From Octopus sinensis (lineage: Eukaryota): DNA of 64,000 nt. A program made the position numbers and the translations under genes. This document shows positions 25,293 through 39,202 of the stretch, in pieces. The notes under the pieces are model-generated. The model was given only the letters and a program-made list of their open reading frames with translations, was not told the DNA's origin and did no database searches. The stretch is taken from assembly GCF_006345805.1 (NCBI RefSeq), contig NW_021832563.1, forward strand, positions 1 through 64,000. Direction: 5' to 3'. The first letter of the stretch is position 1. The number at the start of each line of letters is the position of its first letter.

Positions 25293-26419
25293 GAACACAC
25301 ATTTGTCTCTTTACTCAATATTTCACAGCTTCGGTTTCCTTTCCCATTTTTTTCCTTTTTTTCGTTGTTACTTTCCTTAAAATTAAATCACATCCTTCTC
25401 CAAGACACAGTTATTTCCTTGCTGTGTTTCCTTCCTTTCATTGGTGCCTTTGCTGTTATTACAATTGTTTGTTTGTATTATTCTGTTTCATTTTTTCCCG
25501 TTTTTTCCCCCTTCTGTTTGTTTTCCCCTTAACTTCCTTTTGTAGGTAAGGTAAGAACCACCCCGAGTTGCAAAATTAAAGGTAACACCGAAAAATAGAT
25601 TTAAAAAAGAAAATAATATTAAAAACAAAACAAAACAGAGAATAAAATCTAAGCAGCCAACCAACGGAGATTGCTACCAATAAATAAAACACACAAAACA
25701 AACAAGAAAATGAATAAAAAAAAAAAACTTGAGCAATTTCTAAGTACAAAGACCAACGCACGAAGGTTTTGGTAATTATAAACAAAACAAATAAGAAAGA
25801 AGGAAGAAGAAGAGATGTAGAAATAAATCCAATAAAAAAAAAACAGAAAATACACATGTAAAGATTAAAAAAAAAAATAAAGCTGATGTGATGCTTTGTA
25901 TTTTGTTTTGTTTTTGGTAATGAAAAGAAAAGCAGCGCCCCGTCGATTGTTTGTCCCCAAACTTCAAACTAGAAGTTTAAAAACTGAGTTCCGTTGACTA
26001 ATCGAAAGGAAATACACACACACACACACACACACATACACACACGCACGCAAATATACACACACATAACCACGCCCGCGCAGGAATCTTAGAATCAACA
26101 CCAAAAACGGTATATGCAAGAAAAATAAATAAAAAGGAAAAAAAAAAGATGGCTGCCCTGACTATCGAACGGATTTTTTTTTCTTTAATTTAACTTTACG
26201 GGTGAAATTGTAAATATTTCCTCGTTTCCTCTTTTTCTTGTCGTTTTGAAGTAAACGATTTCAATTGGAAGGCTTAACTGAGTTCCGTTGTAGCAAAGCG
26301 CGTCAATTTCCTTCTTCTTCTTCTTCTTCTTCTTCTTCTTCTTCTTCTTCTTCTTCTTGTTCGTCTTCTTCTTCTTCTCTTCTTCTTCTTCTTCTTCTTC
26401 TTCTTCTTCATAAGGTGTT

Positions 26420-26620
26420 GAGTTGGCACAGACGTTAAGTCGCCAGACAAAAGTTCTTGGCACTTCGTCCGCCATTTCGTTCTAAGTTTAAACGCCGCCA
26501 AGGTCGGCTTTGCCTTTCATCCTTTCCAGGTTGCTAAAATTAGTACCAGTTGAGCACTGGAGTCGAGGAAATCAACTAGAGTCCTCTCTCAAAATTGCCG
26601 GCCTAGTGTCTAAATTTGAA
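26420..26620 (+). mobile_element. SINE family C, degraded
   Basis: aggtcggctttgcctttcatcctttcc...agtaccagttgagcactgg core. Confidence 0.75.
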
Positions 26621-26701
26621 ACCAATATACAATGTATGTAGAAAAATGAGCTATGGTTCGAAATTATGAATAGACCTTTTCTATATACCTTGTCTCTTAA
26701 A

Positions 26702-26739
<38 letters not shown>

Positions 26740-27084
26740 AATAAGAAAATGGAGGAACAAATTAATTTCGATCATCAACTTACGGAAATTACAATTTCAT
26801 ATTATTTATTAATTATATAAATAGGAATATGAAAATCGAACAAAACAATATACATCAATATGCAAATTAATAATACAATAAAAAATAATGCAAATAAACT
26901 GCTCCTTACAGCTGTTTCAGCCTATGGTTAAGAGGCAATCCACCTTAAATTACTCATATATGCCATTATAGTATAGTCTTAGGTATTAAAGATTATATTT
27001 GTCTGTTTAAATAAGAAAAACCTACTTCCCATACAATCCTATAAGAACAAGAAGATAAATGGTAAAACAGATACTCAAAATACC

Positions 27085-27140
<56 letters not shown>

Positions 27141-27156
27141 TATATATATACATATA

Positions 27157-27563
27157 GGCGCAGGAGTGGCTGTGTGGTAAGTAGCTTACTAACCAACCAC
27201 ATGGTTCCAGGTTCAGTCCCACTGCGTGGCATCTTGGGCAAGTGTCTTCTGCTATAGCCCCGGGCCGATCAAAGCCTTGTGAGTGGATTTGGTAGACGGA
27301 AACTGAAAGAAGCCTGTCGTATATATGTATATATATATGTATGCGTGTGTGTGTTTGTGTGTCTGTGTTTGTCCCCCTAGCATTTCTTGACAACCGATGC
27401 TGGTGTGTTTACGTCCCCGTCACTTAGCGGTTCGGTAAAAGAGACCGATAGAATAAGTACTGGGCTTCCAAAGAATAAGTCCCGGGGTTGATTTGCTTGA
27501 CTAAAGGCGGTGCTCCAGCATGGCCGCAGTCAAATGACTGAAACAAGTAAAAGAGTAAAAGAG
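27157..27563 (+). mobile_element. tRNA-derived SINE family B, complete
   Basis: Box A TGGCTGTGTGG, box B-like GGTTCAGTCC, internal (TA/TG) tract, tail (AAAAGAGT)n; about ten copies in the window. Confidence 0.9.
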
Positions 27564-27724
27564 TATATACACATAAACACATATATATATATATATAAAA
27601 TATACAAATATACATACATATACCCACACATGCAAAACGTACATATTAATCACGTGTGCAAAAACCATGAAGAACAACATTGAACAGAAAATCACATTAC
27701 TTTGGATTGTCATGCTTCTTATAT

Positions 27725-29047
27725 ATCAGTAGTGTTATTTTAACGGTAGCAACATTCATGAAGCCATATACCAAGTATAAAAGTTCACACAGCACATGAA
27801 TTTTATTGACATCAAGGTGATCATATTGAATTAGTCTTTGTCAAAAATAAGTGTGGAAAACAATGTCCATCATGTGGTGTCCGTTTTCATTGATGCATTT
27901 CTGAAGGCATTCTTGGAAGTTGACTTCAACTATCTCCAGCATTGCTCTGTTGATTTGGGTAACTTCCACGCGAATAGCTTCCTCCAAATCGTCCAACGTA
28001 CGGGACGTTATGCACATGCACACGTGTCTTAGCTTTCCATACGAGAAATAATTACACATGAACAAATAAGGGGACTAGGGAGCGGGGCAAGGAATAGAAG
28101 CAAACCTGGAAACGAGGCAGTCACTGAAGAGAGAGCGTAGAACGTCCATTGATGCTCTGGCTGTGTGGACCGTCGCTCCATCCTGCTGAAATCACACATG
28201 TCCAAGAGGCATACACTTTCGTCGTAATTCAGACAAAATATTGTTTATCATCGCGATATAACGCTCGGAGTTCACAGTAACAGCATTTCCATTATTGTCT
28301 TCAAAACAGTAAGGACCAATGACTGCAGATTTTCCAACAGCACATCAGACCGTCACGTTGGGCTGTGCAGTGGCCTTTCGTGCAGTTCTCTCGGACTTTC
28401 AAGAGCCTAATAATAACAGTTCCGTTGATTCACTCTGTCATTGTGATGAGAATGCGCTTCATCACTCATTAACAAAATGAAGTTGTCATTTGCCTCAAAA
28501 ATCGTTTCCATCTGACGAGCGAACTTAAGCCGCTGCGCAAAGTGGCATTGTTCCAGCTGTAGCCTAATCACCAATCTGTAGGGCTGGAAATGCAGGTCTT
28601 CATTCATAATACACCTTAACGATCGATTACTGATGCCAAGTTCATTGGAATGCCACCGAGCAGAACAATTTGGATTCCGTACCAAAGTTTCTCTGACGTC
28701 TTCCACATTTTCCGGGCCCCGTACTGTTCGTGACACCACCACTGGTCCCCTATTCATTAGTGTGCCTCGTGTACGAAGATAGATTGTGGGAAAAGATTGT
28801 GGGAAAAACCTGATTTCGGTGAATGTTGAAGTGGCGCCGAAACTCACGCTGAACTGCTGTTACCGTCTCGTTATTCTTCACGCAAGTATCATAGGCAAAC
28901 ATGCAACATCCATCGTGCCATGGCTTCACTTAAAACGAAACAAAAAATGCTAAGACACCACAGAACGAATGGTACCTGTCGGACATATGTCACTCAGGCC
29001 GGGGATGAATAATAGCCATTTCAAAAACATCCGTCCTCTTTGCCCCA

Positions 29048-29052
<5 letters not shown>
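27725..29052 (-). mobile_element. Degenerate Tc1/mariner-superfamily transposon (DUF4817-HTH, maT/DD37D-like)
   Basis: Fragments SDEAH..N..VNQRNC, P.VTVWCAV, IGPY.FED, WFQQDGAT.HTA, C-terminal GHHMMDIVF; the third catalytic D region appears deleted. Confidence 0.82.
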
Positions 29053-29095
<43 letters not shown>

Positions 29096-29456
29096 TAAAA
29101 TAACAGAATATATATATATTCCGATATATATATATTATATATATATAATATTATATAATATAATATATATAGTATATATATTATATATATATATTATATA
29201 TATATAATATATATAGTAATATATAATATATATTACATATATATATATATATATCTAAATATATTTTAGATTATGTTTGTCGACAGGTTTTACTTTCGCT
29301 AATCATGACATTGAAATTATTGTAATTTCGTATTTTCTGAAGAAGATTTTAGTCCATGTGTGTGGTGGAGAAGTTACGAATGAAACTTAGTTTATATATA
29401 CGTTAAGGAGGTTAAAATATCTTCTAATGAAATTTATATATATATATATATATATA

Positions 29457-29621
29457 GGCGCAGGAGTGGCTGTGTGGTAAGTAGCTTGCTAACCAACCAC
29501 ATAGTTCCGGGTTCAGTCCCACTGCGTGGCATATTGGGCAAGTGTCTTCTACTATAGCCCTGGGCCGACCAATGCCTTGTGAGTGGATTTGGTAGACGGA
29601 AACTGAAAGAAGCCCGTCGTA

Positions 29622-29659
<38 letters not shown>

Positions 29660-29897
29660 TGTGTGTGTATATGTTTGTGCGTCTGTGTTTGTCCCCCTAG
29701 CATTGCTTGACAACCGATGCTGGTGTGTTTACGTCCCCGTCACTTAGCGGTTCGGCAAAAGAGACCGATAGAATAAGTACTGGGCTTACAAAGAATAAGT
29801 CCCGGGGTCGATTTGCTCGACTAAAGGTGGTGTCCTAGCATGGCCGCAGTCAAATGACTGAAACAAGTAAAAGAGTAAAAAATTAAAAGAGTAAAGA
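29457..29897 (+). mobile_element. SINE family B, complete
   Basis: Near-identical to 27157-27563. Confidence 0.9.
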
Positions 29898-29898
29898 G

Positions 29899-29929
<31 letters not shown>

Positions 29930-30092
29930 ATATATATATATACGATGGGCTTCTTTCATTTTCCGTCTACCAGATGCACTCACAAGTCTTTGGTCGGCCT
30001 GAGGCTATAGTATATGAAACACATGCCCAAGGGGACTGAACCTAGAACCATATGGTAGAGAAGCGAAAGAAATCTATATTTACATACACATA

Positions 30093-30325
30093 TAGAGTTG
30101 ATCCAAAGTCACCTGACAGTAAATCAAAACCATTTAATTCCAAGATTTATTTATGTTTAACAAGAGAATGAATTTAATAAAAGCAACTAAATATGGAACA
30201 TCATGAAAATTGTTGAAGCTTAAGTCCTTCTTCAGCGACACATTTTCCCATTCGAGTCAATACAGAATTATAGATTGTATTTATGGAATTTTGATTTACT
30301 GTCAGGTGACTTTTGGCCAGTCCTG
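30093..30325. mobile_element. Tc1/mariner-type MITE
   Basis: TIRs ccaaagtcacctgacagtaaatcaaaa / ttttgatttactgtcaggtgacttttgg; TA flanks. Confidence 0.8.
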
Positions 30326-30399
30326 TATATACTTGTATATTGCATGCTAGGAAGACCATTAAGAGATTATATACGAAAGGAAAATATTCGGCAAGGGAG

Positions 30400-30680
30400 A
30401 AGTGTGAACGAAAGAACCTGTTCCACTTGACCGGACATGTCACAAGCTTCACTGACAACAGGTGGAGCCATGCAGTTGCTGAGTAGAATCCAGGAGATCT
30501 GAAAGGCCACTTGGCAGGCCCCGACGACGATGCGAAAACGATTTAGTCAAGCAATTTGGATCAAGATACGAAAAAATGTGGCAATCGAGAGAGAACTGGA
30601 AGGGCACTGTGACCAGCGTTGTGATCAGGGCATTGCGAACAGCATCTGATGGTCTCGTCGTTACTCTCATACTATGGTAT
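30400..30680 (+). mobile_element. RTE-clade LINE 3' fragment
   Basis: Translates in pieces to GHVTSFTDNRWSHAVAE and LGRPRRR.ENDLVK, a typical RTE C-terminus. Confidence 0.65.
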
Positions 30681-30717
30681 ATATATACACACGCACACAT
30701 ACACAGACACAGACACA

Positions 30718-30755
<38 letters not shown>

Positions 30756-30859
30756 GCGAATTGGAAGTTTTAAGAAGTTTAGACGGGTTCTTTGTTCAGT
30801 ATTTTCGAACAATACGGATGAATTATGGAAAAGAAATATATTTTAACACAAAAAATAAA

Positions 30860-30909
30860 ACCAACAAATGAATAAATAATAATAATAATGATAATGAATA
30901 ATAATAATG

Positions 30910-30967
<58 letters not shown>

Positions 30968-31004
30968 TGATGAATAATAATGATAATAATAATGAATAAT
31001 AATG

Positions 31005-31080
<76 letters not shown>

Positions 31081-31105
31081 ATAATAATAATGATAATAAT
31101 AATAT
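30860..31105. repeat. (AAT)n microsatellite
   Basis: Directly visible. Confidence 0.95.
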
Positions 31106-31300
31106 GTTCAGCCCAGTAGACCGATTATAATTGTCTCCCCTTCTAGGTACTCTCTAACGGAACCTCGTTATGTTCACAGGGAGCCCTTGAGTTTAGGCAA
31201 ATCACAGCTTGAAATCCCTCCTGAAAGAGATACAATAATTGCTATATATAGAATTAATATTTGTACTCGCATCTCCATGGTGTTCTTTACAAACTCATAC

Positions 31301-31336
<36 letters not shown>

Positions 31337-31479
31337 CCCAAATAATCCTATTTATGTATGGTTATAAATAATGGTTATATTCTATATATTTATGTTGTTA
31401 TTTATGTTTAATAAATAATAATTACAGTTTTGGCGTTGACGACGATGTTGCTGTTGTCGATCTCGATGTTGATATATAT

Positions 31480-31677
31480 ACATACATACATATATAATAT
31501 ATATATATATATATGTGTATATATGTATATATATATATATATATATGTATATGTATATATACAAACACATATATATATGTATATATATATATATACATAC
31601 ATACATGCATACATCCATATATATTATATATATATACATACATATGCATACACACACATATATATGTATATATATAC

Positions 31678-31709
<32 letters not shown>

Positions 31710-31716
31710 GTATACA

Positions 31717-31751
<35 letters not shown>

Positions 31752-31838
31752 CATGCATATATATATATATATGTATATGTATATAAATATACAAACAAAC
31801 ATATATGTATATATATATACATATATACATGCATACAT

Positions 31839-31882
<44 letters not shown>

Positions 31883-31960
31883 GCATACACACACACATAT
31901 ATATGTATATATACAAACACATATATATATGTATATATATATATATATATACATATATAT
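31480..31960. repeat. Compound (AT)n/(ACAT)n tract with internal higher-order duplication
   Basis: acaaacacatatat...catgcatacatccat block recurs near 31561 and 31791. Confidence 0.85.
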
Positions 31961-32469
31961 ATAATAATGTTTCCGTCGTCATTCTTGTTCTTGCTGATGT
32001 TTTCATCCTTGTTGCTGTTGTTAATGTTGTTGTTCTTTTAGGTTTTTACTGTTGTCGCTGTTGTTGTTGTTACTGTTCCTCCTACTTTTACTATTGTTAT
32101 TGTTGCCCTTGTAGAAATTGTTGTTGTTGTTGTCGCTGTTGTCTTTTCTTTCACCTTCATTTTATTATTAGTTTTATTCTTCTTCTTCTTCTTCTTGTTC
32201 TCTTAGATCGTTAATGTACGATTTCATTGTTCTTTTTTAAGCTACAACGTCGTCTTCCTTGTCTTTTGTCGTTGTTGTTTGTGTTTTGGGTTTTGTTATT
32301 GTTCCTGGTGATATTTTTTTGTTGTTGTTTTCGTTCTATTTACCATTTCTTTGGCATCCGTGTAATTATTCTAAGAGAAACACCAAGAGATTCCTCAAAA
32401 CGCGACATCATTGCCGTACCAAAGTCGGCACATCCGGATGATTAAAGAAAAAGAAAGAGGTGATGAAAA

Positions 32470-32540
32470 GGAACTGAAAAATATCATCATCATCATCATC
32501 GTCATCATCATCATCATCATCGCCGTTGTCCTCATCGTCG

Positions 32541-32581
<41 letters not shown>

Positions 32582-33230
32582 GCCGTCGACGTCATCGTCG
32601 TCATCATCGTCATCATCATCATCACCACCACTTTCATCATCATAATTTTCATCATCATCATCATCATCATCATCACCGTCATCGTCGTCATCGTCACCTT
32701 CATCAACGTCATTTTCATCGTCATCGTCAACATCATCATCATGATCATCAGCCCCATCGTCAGTCATCATCATCGCCATGCCATCGTCATCATCATCGTT
32801 ATTGTTATTATTATTATTATTATTATTGTTGTTGTTGTTGTTGTTGTTGTGGACGTCATAGTTTTAGTTGCTGTTTTGTTATAAATTTTATTATTAAAGG
32901 AATCATTAACAGAATTATCATTGTGATCGTGATAAGTGTCGTCATTTTCATCACCACCACCACCACCGCCGCCGACGCTGCCGACATCACCATCACCGCC
33001 ACTACCACTACCACCACCACCACCACCACAACCACCATCACCACCACCGCCACTACCAACACCACCACCACCAACAACAACAACACTACTACTACCACCA
33101 CCACAACCATTACCACCACCACCATCACCACCACCGCCGTCTCCGCCACCGCCACTAACACCACCACCACCACACCACCAACCACCACCACCACCACCAC
33201 CACCACCACCACCACCACCACCACCACACC
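32470..33230. repeat. (CAT)n, (ATT)n and (ACC)n tracts
   Basis: Directly visible. Confidence 0.9.
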
Positions 33231-33584
33231 GATAAAATAAGTTCCAGTCATTAACTGGGGTCGATATATCCAGCCACCACCGTCTGGCTTTGTGGCAAAA
33301 AATTCCTTTTTTAGTTTTTTTTGTATGTTTGTTTTGTAATTCCATATTAATTCCGAATGTCGAAATCTCTATTATATCAGCCTTGGAGTAATAAACCTTT
33401 CTACTAAAGGTACAAGATATGAAATTGGGAAAGTGGGGACTGGCGATTGCATCAACACCGCTACTCAACTATTATTTATTTTATCGACCCTAAAGGGATG
33501 ACACACGATCTCAGCGGAATTTGAACTCAGAACGTAAAGACGGACGAAATGCCGCTAACGCTTCTTCTATCTCACCGCCTCATT

Positions 33585-33627
<43 letters not shown>

Positions 33628-33653
33628 TAATAATAATGATGATGATGATGATG

Positions 33654-33712
<59 letters not shown>

Positions 33713-33713
33713 G

Positions 33714-33749
<36 letters not shown>

Positions 33750-33752
33750 TAA

Positions 33753-33784
<32 letters not shown>

Positions 33785-33791
33785 TAATAAT

Positions 33792-34349
33792 AAATGCCCT
33801 GATGCAGTACCAGGTAGTGGCTCTCATGGCTTCTGATCTTAACTGATTAGAAGTGTTATCATGTACATTGTTTTGTCTTGGTATAAAAGATGGGCTACAG
33901 CAAATATTCTGCTCAATACCACAGATTTGCTTGTCAGTTGTTTGACCTTAACCAGTTGAGCATATATCTTAGTGGCTGACGATATGTGCATCTCTCATCA
34001 CGAGCAGAAGTAGTGGGGGAACATCATAGCCATGTGTTGAGAGGGATTCTTTGGGGTTTGAATAATTCACCTCTGGAAACATGGGTGGTTCTTTCAACAT
34101 CCCTAAACAACCCTTATTCAGGGACCTTTTGAGCGGGATGGGCTACTCAACCTGAAGAAAATTCTAACTGGGCCCCACCTGCAAGGTCATGTGCTGTTTA
34201 TCTTGACATGAGATCACCATGTGGCGCACATATGGTTGTGATGCATGTGCATGGTGTACCTTTATCAGACGGGTAGTCATGATGGGTATATTGGGCTTCA
34301 TATATTTTACCCCAGTGTCACTTTGATGGCATGCACTGCTCTCTCACTC
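33792..34349. mobile_element. ~560-bp non-coding repeat flanked by (AAT)n, copy 2
   Basis: Colinear with 21624-22196, same orientation. Confidence 0.85.
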
Positions 34350-34399
<50 letters not shown>

Positions 34400-34424
34400 T
34401 AATAATTCCTTTTTCTTTTCATTT

Positions 34425-34902
<478 letters not shown>

Positions 34903-34918
34903 AATAATAATAACAATG

Positions 34919-34984
<66 letters not shown>

Positions 34985-34987
<3 letters not shown>

Positions 34988-35460
34988 TCTGCTATTTGCG
35001 TTTGCATGCTTACAAAGATTGCTTACCAAAAATTACCAGGCTTACCTTCTTCAAACTGGTTCTGACACTAAATTCTCCAACACATTTGACGGAACAATAG
35101 CTCATCTCGTCTCGGAATGTCCTGTGTCGACACCAAATGACTACAAATATCGCAACGATAGGGGTGGACATTATTTACACTGGGAAATATGTAAGCACTA
35201 CAAAATCAGCACTCCTGCTTACTGGTCAGAACATCAACTGGAGCCAGTCGCTGAAGGTAAAAATGTCAGTATCCTCTGGGATTTTTCAGTCAACACCGAC
35301 AGAACGATCCAGGCTAATCGACCAGACATAGTCACAAGAAACGGAAAAGAAAATACTTGTAGACTAATAGATGTAAGTGTTCACTCTGATAAAAATATAT
35401 CTATAAAGGGATTTGACAAATTAAGTTAATATAAGGACCTGGAAATTGAAATAGGAAAGA
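34985..35460 (+). mobile_element. R4/Dong-like REL fragment 4
   Basis: AHLVSECP, LHWEICK, ILWDFSVNTDRTIQANRPDIV, LIDVS, YKDLEIEIGK. Confidence 0.85.
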
Positions 35461-35534
35461 TAACCCGCAAAGGATGAAACGCGAAGACGAATGAAATACC
35501 GCTAAGCATTTCGCCCGGCGTACTAACGCTTCTG

Positions 35535-35596
<62 letters not shown>

Positions 35597-35597
35597 T

Positions 35598-35876
35598 TCT
35601 AAAAAATGTTTTCTAATTGATGTATCAATACCAGCGGAGACCAACGTGTCTCTAAAAGAAATGGAGAAAAAAAAATACATAACAAAAACACCAGGACTTA
35701 CAAACACATATAACATACAGAAAATTGCAATACTAGGCACTGCACAGATCCTACGAAGAACACTTTCCATACAATAACCATCTGAGCATCACAACAAATC
35801 ACAGCACATACCCAAGGCACACAGAGCTGCGCTCGGTAGTGAAGTGAAAGCACGATATAAAAAATATACTACTGAA
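35598..35876 (+). mobile_element. R4/Dong-like 3' fragment 5 (internally deleted)
   Basis: KKCFLIDVSIPAETNVSLKEMEK...IQKIAILGTAQILRRTLSIQ*, then 3' UTR and (AAT)n; it has its own LIDVS motif, so it is separate from fragment 4. Confidence 0.85.
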
Positions 35877-35999
35877 TAATAATAATAATTATAATAATAA
35901 TAATAATAATAATAACAACAATAACAATAATATTAGATAGAAACTAATAATAAGAAGAAACTTTGGGAGAGAGAGCTAGTCGACTAACAATAATAATCC

Positions 36000-36165
36000 T
36001 TTCTACATCGACCCCAGTAATTCACTGGTACTTAATTTAACGACTCCGAAAGCATAAAAGGCAAAGTCGACTTCAGCGGGATTTGAAATCAGAACATAGC
36101 GGCAAACGAGATACCGCGCTAAGCATTTCGCCCGGCGTGCTAACGATTCTGCCAGCTCGCCGCCT
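36000..36165 (-). mobile_element. SINE family C
   Basis: Reverse complement of head and core. Confidence 0.8.
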
Positions 36166-36324
36166 TAATAATAATTATACTAATAATAATAATAATAACA
36201 ATAATAATAATAGCAATAATAATAACAATAATAATAATAATAATAATAATGATAATAATAATACTACTACTACTAATAATAATGATGATGATGATGATGA
36301 TGATGACGATGATGATGACGGTGG

Positions 36325-36356
<32 letters not shown>

Positions 36357-36363
36357 GTGATGG

Positions 36364-36408
<45 letters not shown>

Positions 36409-36878
36409 AGATAATGATGATGCTGATGGTGATGATGATGATGGTGATGATGGTGACGATGATGATGATAGCAGTTTTAGTATTAATCCTCGTTTTAGTA
36501 GTAGTAATGGTAGTAGTGGCAGCAGCAGCAGCAACCGTTGCTTTCCTCGTAGTAGTAGGAGTAGTAGTAGCAGCAGCAGCAGCAGCAGAGTAAGGATAAG
36601 TATTAGTAATTAAAGTAATTATCTTCTTTATTGATGTATTTCTTCGTTCGTTCGAGTTTGTTTATTTGTTTATTTAATTATTTAATTGTTGTCATTGACT
36701 GCGTAACTGTTGTCATTAAACCGGAAACGGAAATCATTTAGCGTGGCAAACTATCGGATGTATTCTAATGCAATTAGTTGGTAGGAGGGAAGGTAGGTGC
36801 GATCGATGTAAAGCTATGGTGGTGACGGTGGTGGTGAAAAAACACAGACATATATATACATTCATACATATACATACA

Positions 36879-36918
<40 letters not shown>

Positions 36919-36939
36919 CATACATATATATATACATAC

Positions 36940-37057
<118 letters not shown>

Positions 37058-37884
37058 TATATATATATATATATATATACATATATATCCACAATATGAG
37101 AGAGAATCTACTATGTGGACGCTCTTACGCTAGATGTAGATCCGCAAAGGGACTGAACCACTAAGAATTGTTCTCGAGAAAAATTTTAGCACGCTAAGTA
37201 CGTAAGCGTGCAGGACAAATGAAAAATAACAGAAATATAAATTATATATAGTAGACATGCATATATGTTTGCTTGTATGTGTGTATGCATATGTGCATGT
37301 ATGCAAGCAAGCTTGTATGTATGTATGTATGTATGTATGTATTAGACAATTCTATGATTGATCAATCGGACTTTTGGTTGGTTGCTTTGTTTGTTGTCTT
37401 GTCTTCTTTGGCGTTCATTGGCTCATTGATCGAATTCCGATATATATATATATATATATATATACATATCTGTGTTCGATTATTTGTTGAGTCAAATTTC
37501 ATTCTATTTCAACATTTTTAGAATCTATTTATGGCTGGTTGCCCGTTTCTACCTCAGTGGAATCTGTACCAGACAAATCTGTAGTTTGTGCTCTGATCTA
37601 GATTTTAACTGTCAAATATGACTTGGTTACCAAATGGTGTAGTCCATCTGGGCGTAAACAGCGTGAATAGCAACCACATGGACGAGAAATAAACTCGGCT
37701 CTGTGAAGCTATGACTGCTGTAATTTTCACGTCTGTTTCGAAGTGCTGAGTTGAAATCTACCTATCGGCATATATTGGAGAGTGTTCAACATGAGTTCCC
37801 ACAGCTTCGATATAATACAACATCAATATCAACACCATCATTATCATCCTCATTATCACAATCAACAGCAAAGCATCATTAGCA

Positions 37885-38065
37885 TGCCGGACTAAATTCT
37901 TTGCGGCGTTTTGTCCACCTTTGTGTTCTGAGTTGAAATATTTCCGAGGTCGACTTTGACTTTAATTCTTTCGGTGTTGTTCAAGTAACTACCAGTTGAG
38001 CACTTTGATCGGTGTAATCGAATGCGCCCTCATTCAAAATTGCAACTTTTGTGCCAAAATTTGAA
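37885..38065 (+). mobile_element. SINE family C, degraded
   Basis: ccgaggtcgactttgactttaattctttcgg core. Confidence 0.7.
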
Positions 38066-38094
38066 GCTAATATTAGCCACATCACTATCATATT

Positions 38095-38265
38095 CGTGTA
38101 TTAGTGTTTAAGGTGTTGCAATCATAAGCATAAGATCGTGATTTCGATTCCCGGACAGGCTTGCTCACTGTGTTCTTGTGCGAAACAATTTATTTCACAT
38201 TGCTTCAATTCATTGCTGTAAATCAGTGAACTGGTGTCCCGGTGAAAGAGAACGTTACGATCTCG
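38095..38265 (+). mobile_element. tRNA-derived SINE family D, degraded head
   Basis: gatttcgattcccggac box B; similar to the reverse complement of 55960-56070. Confidence 0.55.
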
Positions 38266-38298
38266 GTTACTTATAGCCCATAGAAACTGGCTAAAGAA

Positions 38299-38530
38299 GG
38301 CGGTGAGCTGGCAGAATCGTTAGCACTCCGGGCGAAATACTTAGCGGTATTTCATCTGCCGTTACATTCTGAGTTCAAAATCCGCCGAGGTCACCTTTGC
38401 CTTTCATCCTGTTGGGGTCGATAAATTAAGTACCAGTTGCTTACTGGAGTCTATCTAATCGACTTAATCCCTTTGTCTGTGCTTGTTTGTCCCCTCTGTG
38501 TTTAGCCCCTTGTGGCCAATAAAGAAATAA
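38299..38530 (+). mobile_element. SINE family C, complete
   Basis: Colinear with 9534-9762; tail CTGTGTTTAGCCCCTTGTGGCCAATAAAGAAATAA. Confidence 0.9.
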
Positions 38531-38672
38531 GAGACTGGCTAAACAAAAATCTGCACCTTCCACAGTGAGCCGATCAACCCCTCATCACCATCTTCTCTTT
38601 ATAAAACTTTGTTGTGTAAGGTCGGAACAATGTGTAAAGTAAACTACAAATAGAAAAGAAAACAAAAATTAC

Positions 38673-39170
38673 CTTATATTTGTGTATTTCGGAGCTATGA
38701 GCTTCTCTTGGGGACATTTGGAAAAGCGAGGGATGGAAAAAGTGGTTGCCCAGATGTGTGGGGAGGAAAGGGTAAAAAAGGAAATTGGACGAAGGTGACG
38801 ACGGCCTTTCGATCGCACCGCGTCGCCGGAACGCAGTGGCTCGGTCGGATGGGCTCGTTCGCAAAAAAAAACAAAACAAAATACATTCTTTGACGCAAGG
38901 AAGCAATCACGCGGCAGAGGCGCCCGCCTCTGTCTCTCGTCTTCTCGTTCCGCCTCGGCTGCGCTGCGCCCTCACCCCCGCAAACAAAAGCGTACCGACT
39001 CGCCGCAGCCTCGGTTTTCTTTTCGCTCCACTGTTTCTTCCGTTCGTCGTTCGTCGTCCTTTCCACCGCGTACCCGCCGCGTACCCGCCGCGCGCCCAAT
39101 GCCGATCTTTTCGAACCACTTCCACCCGTGTATCCGTCCGTCCATCCGTCCGTCCGCCCGTCCCCCTCTA
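38673..39170 (-). promoter_or_regulatory. CpG-rich unique island; candidate promoter and first exon
   Basis: Locally high GC/CpG, CCAAT at 39096-39100, duplicated CCGCGTACCCG, and a strong minus-strand donor AAG|GTAATT at 38672. Confidence 0.45.
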
Positions 39171-39202
39171 GTATTGTTACAGTTATCAGTCTCTTTCATA
39201 TA

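Noticed and set aside
26149-26190. AAGATGGCTGCC as a + strand start codon (MAALTIERIFFL*)
   Set aside because: Stops after 12 codons with no donor; more simply a YY1-like motif.
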